From positions 416,001 through 480,000 of the forward strand of contig OY771587.1 of assembly GCA_963674825.1 (NCBI GenBank): DNA of 64,000 bases, written 5' to 3'. The stretch is from Candidatus Cloacimonadales bacterium (GTDB lineage Bacteria; Cloacimonadota; Cloacimonadia; Cloacimonadales; JAIOQZ01). The translations under genes and the position numbers were made by a program. Below the pieces are notes generated by a model. The model ran no database searches. It was not told where the DNA came from and worked only from the letters and a program-made list of their open reading frames with translations. Shown one piece after another: positions 50,469 through 57,838 of this stretch; position 1 is the first letter of the stretch, and each line of letters starts with the position of its first letter.

Positions 50469-53400
50469 CTATTTTATGATTGAGCCTTCACCCGGAAACA
50501 GCCCGAACAGGCTATATAGAGCTCGCTCATCAACAGGATGGTCTGTGAAAATGAAGAATCGCGGTTTGTTACTGACCATCTCACCCTTTGGAAGATCGAG
50601 AAAATCGTTGAACCAAATCCCAAGCAATTCGGGATCGCCAAGCACCTCAATTTCCTTCTCTTCCGGTTGCCAAAGCACTTGCAGTGAATCCTTACGTCTC
50701 TGGTGAACGTAGCGATAACTGCGATTCGGATGGATCTCCCAGTATTCTTCGCCCCAGAAGAAGCGCTTCGTCTTACCGTAGCGATTCGTATATTCCACGC
50801 AGACATCACCCGGATCGTTGCCCGGATTGATGAAGGTAATGGTTTCCGAGTGCTGCTCGAACGCATGCCCGATAGCTTCTTGCGAATAGGTTGAGAATAC
50901 CGCCATGATCGGAACTCCCGGCAGGCTCAAGTAATACTGGCTCCAGCTCTGACCTTTCCAGGCTTCAAGCTTTTCGATGCGACAATCTATACGGATGCCG
51001 CTCCAGCGATTACCCTTTCTATCGGAGACCTCGACGAATTCCGCACCCGTTTTCTCACCGATAGCCTTGAAATGTGAGATACCTTTAGGCTGTGCATACA
51101 TACCGCCATACCAGGGATTCCACCAACTGAAGGGTCGTGCCTCCGGGAACGAGCAGCTCAGCCATTCATTGCCGTTGTTCTTCAGTGAGATCAGGCCCAG
51201 ATTGAACGCAGGCGCTGCTTCGAAACGCACCTTACCATTGTCGTATGTCCATACATCGAATCCATTCCGTTCTTCTGTCGAAGTGCGAATATCTCCATTG
51301 ACAGTGAACATGGCCAATTGCCGCTGAATGCTTTCAGTTCCGTCATTGCGTTCCAGGGATAGAACTTCGATGGAAGGTGACGCTTCGCGCTTCAACTGGA
51401 CCGATTTCAGTTGTGCGTTTTCTTCTTTCGTGACCTCGAAGGATTCATTCTCGAACGAACCATGCTCGCTTTCGAGATGAAATTTACCGCAAAGCGGAAA
51501 TGCGCGATGTTCCACGATCTCGACCTTCGCATCACCGGTGATGAACGGGTTTCCATTCTCGCATGCCAATCGGAAGCAATCGACTTCCACAAGCTCCTGT
51601 TTGTTCTTCAATTCAGGCCTGATATACGCTCTGTACGATCGCCAATCGGCAAACCGGTTCATGGATATCCACATTGGATCGAGGCGCACATTTTCCCCTG
51701 TATCGGGCATCCCGGCGCAGTACTCGAAGTTTAATTTCCAGTCGTCCGCGTTTGGGTTGTCACCGAGCCAGCGAAAACCGAAGGATGTATCGAGCTTCCG
51801 CAGATAGCACCAGTTGCCGGTTACCGCACGCATATCCATGACATTGCCGTCAACCTGGATATCATCGGACGCTGTTACGACATACTCACCAGCTTCGTAG
51901 GCGTAATTGCTTCTGGGTACCCACACACCGCTGTGTACATGGATATCCTGTTCCGGCTCGACAGGCCCGGTGTTTTCGACCTCAAACCAGCGCTTGAAGT
52001 CGCCCGTAGCAAACAACTGCACAACTTGCTTCAGCACGATGCCCTGATATCGCTCGCTCCTGTAATGCAGCGTCATCTGCACGTATCTGGCTTCCTGCTT
52101 GAATTCGCATCGATCATACTTCCGGTTGTGAAACTCCTTGTTGTATGGCTTGCCCAGCATGGGAGCCAGGAAGAAGGCCTGTCCTTTGCGGGTCACGTCA
52201 TAGAGATTCGCCTCGTTATTCTGGTACGCGATATAGTGCCAGCGATCAACTCCAATGCAGGTCGCATAGCGAGTCTCGCCATAGAACATCTGCCCCGCTA
52301 CCGGAAGAATAACATCCGACTCCCGCAGGAATTTCACTTCGCCGCCACTTTCTGGCATAGCTGTGACTGCAATCTCCGGACGATACATGCATGCTTTTTT
52401 CACAATGGCGCGAATCGAAACGGTCGTCTTTTCATCGGCATCCAGCGTGATGTCGTGTTCGGACTGCATGAGCTCGATATCTGGAGTATCTTCCAGCTTA
52501 CACAGGAAGCGCGCTTTTTCGTCATAGCCATTACGGGCGTTCAGGTAAAGCGTGATCTCCTCACCGGCATGATACAGCCTCGTCTGCGCACCAAGCCACA
52601 GATTAAGCGGATACTTCGGGAAGATTCCCAATCGGAATTCCGCCATTTTCCGATCGATCGAGATATTCGCGCAGATGTTCGGGTGAATCTTGTTATCCTG
52701 TTGAGCCGATTCGATCGCTCCAACTTTGTATTGCGCCTTCAACTCGATTTTGTCGGCTACTTCGCCACTCCAGCTGAAATCGAACTCAATGTTGCGATCG
52801 CTGACCCCGTTGACCTCCACTGTTAGCGGCGTGTTGGTCTTGTTTTCGATGACAATGCGAGCTTCGTACTTCCTGCCGAACGGCTGTTTGAATTTATCAG
52901 CCAGCAGCCTTACCGTGAATCGCTCGTTTTCCACTGCACAGAGTCCCCGGCCATGGCGTGAATAGGCCAGCTTCATGAAACGCTCGCCATGCTTCCAGTG
53001 GTAGTCGTACAGCTCAAAGGTGTTTTCTTTACGGCCATCGGGGTTGATATCGATCTCGCGCACACTGTCCGCGTACCAATCGGCCTCCATGAAGAAGTCC
53101 TTCAGCAGATCCTGCTGCATAACGTTCGGAAGAAAGTTCATCAGGTGAGTACTGCCGTCTTTATCTTCGAAGAAGAAGCCGCATTTCTTGTAGAGCGGCA
53201 TAGCTTTCGTGTTTCCTGGCCAAGTGTAGAGATCAAGCCGGCTCCAGCCCAATTCGATGGAGCGCTCCACAGCTCGTTTGACCAATACCTTGCCAACCTT
53301 CTTGCCAAACCAGTCCGGGCGACAATTCAGCATTGCGATGTACAGTGTGTTCTTGTCACCGCTGAACTCCATCAGCGAACAATAGCCAACCACATCGTCA

Positions 53401-53585
53401 TTTGCCACTGCCAGAAAGACATTGAACGCCGGTGAGGCCGATTCCATGGCAAGCACGCGCTGTTCGGTCTGGTTAAACGTCTCTCCCAGCCAGCCTTCCG
53501 AGCTTTGGTTCCACATATCAGCCACTTTCGCGGCCCATTTCGGTTCATATTCAACTATTTCGAATGGATAGTTTTCCAGTTTCAT
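50469..53585 (-). CDS. Large (~1040 aa) protein with an N-terminal GNAT acetyltransferase domain
   Basis: LYIAMLNCRPDWFGKKVGK...LDLYTWPGNTKAMPLYKKCGF, then a beta-rich region of unknown function; start at MKLENY after GGAG. Confidence 0.8.
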   Translation of the reverse strand: MKLENYPFEIVEYEPKWAAKVADMWNQSSEGWLGETFNQTEQRVLAMESASPAFNVFLAVANDDVVGYCSLMEFSGDKNTLYIAMLNCRPDWFGKKVGKVLVKRAVERSIELGWSRLDLYTWPGNTKAMPLYKKCGFFFEDKDGSTHLMNFLPNVMQQDLLKDFFMEADWYADSVREIDINPDGRKENTFELYDYHWKHGERFMKLAYSRHGRGLCAVENERFTVRLLADKFKQPFGRKYEARIVIENKTNTPLTVEVNGVSDRNIEFDFSWSGEVADKIELKAQYKVGAIESAQQDNKIHPNICANISIDRKMAEFRLGIFPKYPLNLWLGAQTRLYHAGEEITLYLNARNGYDEKARFLCKLEDTPDIELMQSEHDITLDADEKTTVSIRAIVKKACMYRPEIAVTAMPESGGEVKFLRESDVILPVAGQMFYGETRYATCIGVDRWHYIAYQNNEANLYDVTRKGQAFFLAPMLGKPYNKEFHNRKYDRCEFKQEARYVQMTLHYRSERYQGIVLKQVVQLFATGDFKRWFEVENTGPVEPEQDIHVHSGVWVPRSNYAYEAGEYVVTASDDIQVDGNVMDMRAVTGNWCYLRKLDTSFGFRWLGDNPNADDWKLNFEYCAGMPDTGENVRLDPMWISMNRFADWRSYRAYIRPELKNKQELVEVDCFRLACENGNPFITGDAKVEIVEHRAFPLCGKFHLESEHGSFENESFEVTKEENAQLKSVQLKREASPSIEVLSLERNDGTESIQRQLAMFTVNGDIRTSTEERNGFDVWTYDNGKVRFEAAPAFNLGLISLKNNGNEWLSCSFPEARPFSWWNPWYGGMYAQPKGISHFKAIGEKTGAEFVEVSDRKGNRWSGIRIDCRIEKLEAWKGQSWSQYYLSLPGVPIMAVFSTYSQEAIGHAFEQHSETITFINPGNDPGDVCVEYTNRYGKTKRFFWGEEYWEIHPNRSYRYVHQRRKDSLQVLWQPEEKEIEVLGDPELLGIWFNDFLDLPKGEMVSNKPRFFIFTDHPVDERALYSLFGLFPGEGSIIK

Positions 53586-53676
53586 TTCAATCTCCAAAAT
53601 CTTTAACGTGTTAATCATCTATGCGTAAACGCCTCCATTCCGCGACGCCGACCGGCGTCCTGTTTCCATCCGATCT

Positions 53677-53754
53677 AAAAAGAAAAGGCTCGCAAAGAAT
53701 CGAATCTTCACGAGCCAAAATTTATCGTGAGCACCTAACAAGATCGATTCTTCG
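53677..53754 (-). promoter_or_regulatory. Terminator/antiterminator (attenuator) in the 5' leader of the GNAT gene
   Basis: GGCTCGTGAAGA...TCTTTGCGAGCC plus TTTTCTTTTT. The upstream AAGAATCGATCT..TCACGA can pair with the 5' arm of the terminator. Confidence 0.65.
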
Positions 53755-53810
53755 ACAGACCAATCCCGTCAGTGCAATGCTAATCAATGTACAGACCAAG
53801 ACCGGACGGT

Positions 53811-53846
53811 TTAACTCCTACTGCCAAGGTTGAAATCGTGACTCAT
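53811..53846 (-). CDS. Putative leader peptide MSHDFNLGSRS
   Basis: 11-codon ORF preceded by AAGGAGG, upstream of the attenuator. Confidence 0.5.
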   Translation of the reverse strand: MSHDFNLGSRS

Positions 53847-54046
53847 CTTTCCTCCTTTTTTCTTTGATGCACCAAACACTGGCTATGAGTTCATTTCTGG
53901 CAATCTTTTTTTTGTTACAAACCAGAAATATTGAATTGACACCTTTGAAAACAGATTGCAAAATACGGACTCGAATGCAATATAAACAGCGTATTGAAAA
54001 TGACGAGGTTCTGGACATTAACCATGCTAACTGAAACGAGGTATTG

Positions 54047-55240
54047 ATGAAGTACAATTGTCCCGCTGATGGAACTGAACTCGAACCGAAATCGAAGTAC
54101 AACGGACTGGTGCATGGCTGCTCGCATTGTGGCGGCGAAATGCTCAATATAACCATCCTGAAGAAAGACCCTGAACTGGAAGAGACAGCCCATACGATCT
54201 GGAAACTCTCCAAACCGGCATCGGATTCTGCCGGTTTCCAGTGTCCAGAATGCCATCGCGACATGAAGCGAGTCTATTATGAGGAAGCCGGTATTACCCT
54301 GCGTCTGTGCAGGCATTGTCAACTTATCTGGTTCGAGGAAGGACAGTACGACAAGCTTCCCAGGATCGATCCGGAAGTGGCCGCTCAGAACGCAGCATCC
54401 GTACTTTCCGAAAAATCGATCGAAGCGCTGCTGAAAGCGGAACGAACCATCGATGAGGAGATCAAGGAAACAATAGACTCACCGCCCCCGCCCAAGTTTA
54501 ATAACCTGTTCGAGGCGGTCTCCAACCTCCCGACTATCAACGATGACTTGGATCAGTCCGATATACCCTGGATCAGCTGGGGATTGATAACCATTTTCAC
54601 AATCGTGTTTCTATCCGCACTGAGCCATCTGGGCAAGAATGTGATGCATTTTGGCTACAGACCCACCGATCCATTCAGGATGTATGGCCTCACCATTTTC
54701 ACATCGTTCTTTCTGCAGCGAAACTTTCTCCACCTCTTTGCCGGTGTTTACTTCCTGAAACTGTTCGGCGAAAGGCTTGAGAAAAAATCCGGCTCACTTC
54801 TCGTGCTGCTCTTGCTTGCAGTAGGACACATAGCAGGGATACTGTTTCTTACGCTGTTCAACTTCGGTGACAAAGTTACCGAAATCGGCATCGGTGCAGG
54901 GCTATCGGCTCTCATCGCCTACTATGTTGTCCTTACACCAACCGAGAAGTTCAGCTTCATTCTGCTGTCCAGATTCCATAAACGTACGCCAACGCTCAAG
55001 CAAAGGCTGTTCGGAAGACCGGCAGTGTACCGGATCCCGGCATACTGGAGCCTCATTTCCTGGATCGTAATCCAGCTCTTCCTGCAATCGATTGCCAGCA
55101 TCTTTCTGGCGAAACATACAAGCTTGCTACCGGTCGTTGGCGGCACACTCGTCGGCCTCATGTGGGGATATGTTGTGCGCATCCGAAATAGTGAAGAACC
55201 CCTTGATGAAGGGAGATATCACAACATCACGATCAAGTGA
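54047..55240 (+). CDS. Zinc-ribbon rhomboid-like protein, catalytically inactive
   Basis: CPADG..CSHC..CPEC..CRHC N-terminus and a rhomboid TM core (TSFFL), but GIGAG replaces GASxG and LPVVGG replaces AHxGG. Confidence 0.8.
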   Translation: MKYNCPADGTELEPKSKYNGLVHGCSHCGGEMLNITILKKDPELEETAHTIWKLSKPASDSAGFQCPECHRDMKRVYYEEAGITLRLCRHCQLIWFEEGQYDKLPRIDPEVAAQNAASVLSEKSIEALLKAERTIDEEIKETIDSPPPPKFNNLFEAVSNLPTINDDLDQSDIPWISWGLITIFTIVFLSALSHLGKNVMHFGYRPTDPFRMYGLTIFTSFFLQRNFLHLFAGVYFLKLFGERLEKKSGSLLVLLLLAVGHIAGILFLTLFNFGDKVTEIGIGAGLSALIAYYVVLTPTEKFSFILLSRFHKRTPTLKQRLFGRPAVYRIPAYWSLISWIVIQLFLQSIASIFLAKHTSLLPVVGGTLVGLMWGYVVRIRNSEEPLDEGRYHNITIK

Positions 55241-55283
55241 TAAATATGGATTTCTGAACAATACCATGAATGGAAGAGAATAA

Positions 55284-56414
55284 ATGACGTATAAATGTCC
55301 ACGTGATGGAACCGAACTGGAAGTCGAAGTCATCCACGGCAGCAGGTTCTACACATGCTCGACTTGCGGCGGCGAGATGGTGAATTACGCAGTATTGCGA
55401 AAAGAACCGAAGCTTGCGAAAACCGCGAGGGCGATCTGGGATACATCGAAAGAAATACTGAACAACGAAGGTGTAGTATGCCCGGAATGCAACCAGCGAA
55501 TGGCTAGGGTTTATTACAAGGAAGCCGATGTAATGTTGGATCTCTGCCAGCATTGCCATCTTATCTGGTTCGATCGAGGCGAATACGAAGTGCTTCCCCG
55601 CGAAGAAATCAAGCCGGTTCAGCCAAAAGAGCTTTCGCAGAAATCGATAAAAGCTTTGCTTCAGGCGGAACGGGCAATCAATTCGGAGATTCTCGAAGCT
55701 TCCGCTACAACAGACCGACTGGAGCAAGAGTCCTACCCGACTACACAGGACGACCCTCTCGGGCAAGATATTCTGCCATGGATTACCTGGATTCTGCTCG
55801 CGGCATGCTTCGCGGCATACATTTTTGTTTTCAAAGATCCCGGTAAAAATCTCCAGCTATTCAGCTTCGACCCCGAAAATCCACTTCGCATTTACGGCCT
55901 GACCTGGATTACCTCGTTCTTTGTGCAGGAAGGTTACATCGAGCTGTTTCTTGTTCTCTTGTATCTGAACCGGTTTGGAGCGGTTACTGAAAAGGACTTC
56001 GGGCATTTGCGTCTTGTCATGTTGTTTATCGTCGGACATATCGTGGGTTTGATCCTGCTGACGGTATTCGATCTCGGTGAAAAGGGGCTTTTTACCGGCA
56101 TGATAGCAGGGCTGACAGCGGTTATGGTCCATTACATTACGGTACTGCCCAAGCAAATACTCGAGATGCCACTATTTCTCAAATACCTGGGTAGATACCT
56201 ACTCCCAGCAAATCAATTCGCAACGTATGGCTTACGTGGATACTGGGCTGTTCTCCTGTGGGCGCTGCTCCATATGTTTTTCAAGATGCTGATCGATGTA
56301 ACGACAAAAGAGCCTTACAGCCTGCTCCCGATGTTCGGCGGCGCGCTTGTCGGCTATCTGTGGGGCTTCATCGTCCGCCTGAAGCGCAGCGACAACAGCA
56401 TGAGGTACCAATGA
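55284..56414 (+). CDS. Zinc-ribbon rhomboid-like protein, catalytically inactive
   Basis: CPRDG..CSTC..CPEC..CQHC N-terminus; GMIAG and LPMFGG at the catalytic Ser and His positions. Confidence 0.8.
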   Translation: MTYKCPRDGTELEVEVIHGSRFYTCSTCGGEMVNYAVLRKEPKLAKTARAIWDTSKEILNNEGVVCPECNQRMARVYYKEADVMLDLCQHCHLIWFDRGEYEVLPREEIKPVQPKELSQKSIKALLQAERAINSEILEASATTDRLEQESYPTTQDDPLGQDILPWITWILLAACFAAYIFVFKDPGKNLQLFSFDPENPLRIYGLTWITSFFVQEGYIELFLVLLYLNRFGAVTEKDFGHLRLVMLFIVGHIVGLILLTVFDLGEKGLFTGMIAGLTAVMVHYITVLPKQILEMPLFLKYLGRYLLPANQFATYGLRGYWAVLLWALLHMFFKMLIDVTTKEPYSLLPMFGGALVGYLWGFIVRLKRSDNSMRYQ

Positions 56415-57517
56415 GTTACTTCTGCCCGGTCGATGGAACCAAGCTGGAAGCGATGGCCTTGAATAGCAGCCAGGTGTTTCGCTGCCCTCAATGCGGTGGT
56501 GAGATGGTCAACTACGCCACGTTGCGCAAAGACCCGAAGCGATTCGACAGCATGAAAGGCCTATGGAACGCCGCGCTTCAGATAACCGAACTCAACGGCA
56601 AGACATGCCCACTATGCGAACGCCATATGACGCGCGTCCATCTGCCGAACAGCGAGTCGTACGTCGATATTTGCAAGCCATGCCAGAATATCTGGCTCGA
56701 CAAGAGCGAATACGAGCTGATACCCACAAATGAGAACGCAAAGAACGTGCCGTTCGATCTCTACGAAGGCCTTTCCGAGAAAGCCAAAGACGAATTGCTG
56801 GCAGCCCAGCTTGAGGACTACCGGCGAGACAGAAAAGAAATGGAGAGTCCCATGCCGCGCGGATGGAAGCTGATACCGGCATTTCTCGGCTTACCGACCG
56901 AGGACGAAGGGATTCAGATCAGCAAGATGCCAATCGCAACCTGGATACTGGCTTCCATTTGCGTCATCGTGTACCTGTTCACGCGCGAAAATCCCGACTA
57001 CTATTATCAAACTTGGGGATTTATTGCCAACGGCCCAGTTATACACTCCATGATCACGGTCTTCACTTCGTTTTTCCTGCACGCTGGATGGTGGCATCTG
57101 ATCGGAAATATGTATTTCCTGGTGGTTTTCGGTGATAATGTGGAGGACGAAATCGGTTCACTACGTTTCTTGATTCTTATCTTTCTGGGTAACTTTTTCG
57201 GAACAATGCTCTATGCGCTCCTAGCGCTTTCGAGCGATATCCCATCGGTGGGAGCAAGCGCAGGGATATCGGCCGTCCTGGCCTATTACGTTGTGCTTTT
57301 TCCACGTTCGTACTTGCGGTTTCTTCTGTTCCGCTTCGTACCGTTCAAAATGCAAGCCTACTGGTTTCTCGTAATCTGGCTGATCATGCAGATAATCAAT
57401 TCAAGCTACCAGATGCGCTTCGAAGGGGGAGGTGTTAACGCACTGGCGCACCTTGGCGGCGCAGCGGTGGGACTTGTTTGGGGAATCGTCATGCGAAATC
57501 AGTATTCGAGAGAGTAG
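56411..57517 (+). CDS. Zinc-ribbon rhomboid intramembrane serine protease, active site intact
   Basis: Start at MSYFCPVDG (ATGA overlap); HAGWWHLIGNM, VGASAG and AHLGG. Confidence 0.92.
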   Translation: MSYFCPVDGTKLEAMALNSSQVFRCPQCGGEMVNYATLRKDPKRFDSMKGLWNAALQITELNGKTCPLCERHMTRVHLPNSESYVDICKPCQNIWLDKSEYELIPTNENAKNVPFDLYEGLSEKAKDELLAAQLEDYRRDRKEMESPMPRGWKLIPAFLGLPTEDEGIQISKMPIATWILASICVIVYLFTRENPDYYYQTWGFIANGPVIHSMITVFTSFFLHAGWWHLIGNMYFLVVFGDNVEDEIGSLRFLILIFLGNFFGTMLYALLALSSDIPSVGASAGISAVLAYYVVLFPRSYLRFLLFRFVPFKMQAYWFLVIWLIMQIINSSYQMRFEGGGVNALAHLGGAAVGLVWGIVMRNQYSRE

Positions 57518-57575
57518 AATGCCACGGCTTTGATACGCTCAGTGTTATGTGAACACGCTATTCTAATGGAAAAAC

Positions 57576-57602
57576 AAAGGCAGGTCTCTCGACCTGCCTT
57601 TT
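57576..57602. terminator. Bidirectional terminator
   Basis: AAAGGCAGGTC-TCTC-GACCTGCCTTTT. Confidence 0.85.
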
Positions 57603-57624
57603 ATCTAAATCGAAGATAATTCCG

Positions 57625-57838
57625 CTAACATGACTTCTCTTCGCGAAGTCACAACGTTCGACCATTTCGTTTCTGCTATGCAGAAGCTAACGATCCACTC
57701 TCGCTATTTCGCTTCGCGAAAGGCTTTCGTTCGATGTTTTCGTTTTCGCTTCGCGAAAGCCGACGTTCCACTAACATGACTTCTCTTCGCGAAGTCACAA
57801 CGTTCGACCATTTCGTTTCTGCTACGCAGAAGCCGAAA
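57625..57838. repeat. Tandem array of six alternating 37/36-bp hairpin units
   Basis: A 63-bp repeat at 57625-57687 and 57771-57833 (one mismatch). Each unit contains a short hairpin, and the five complete units end in CG(T/A)TC(C/G)A. Confidence 0.85.

Noticed and set aside
54047..56414. Calling the two dead rhomboids pseudogenes
   Set aside because: Both are full-length open frames with conserved zinc ligands and TM pattern, so they are treated as pseudoenzymes.
57625..57838. CRISPR array
   Set aside because: There is no constant repeat separated by unique spacers, all units are related hairpins, and no cas genes are in the window.
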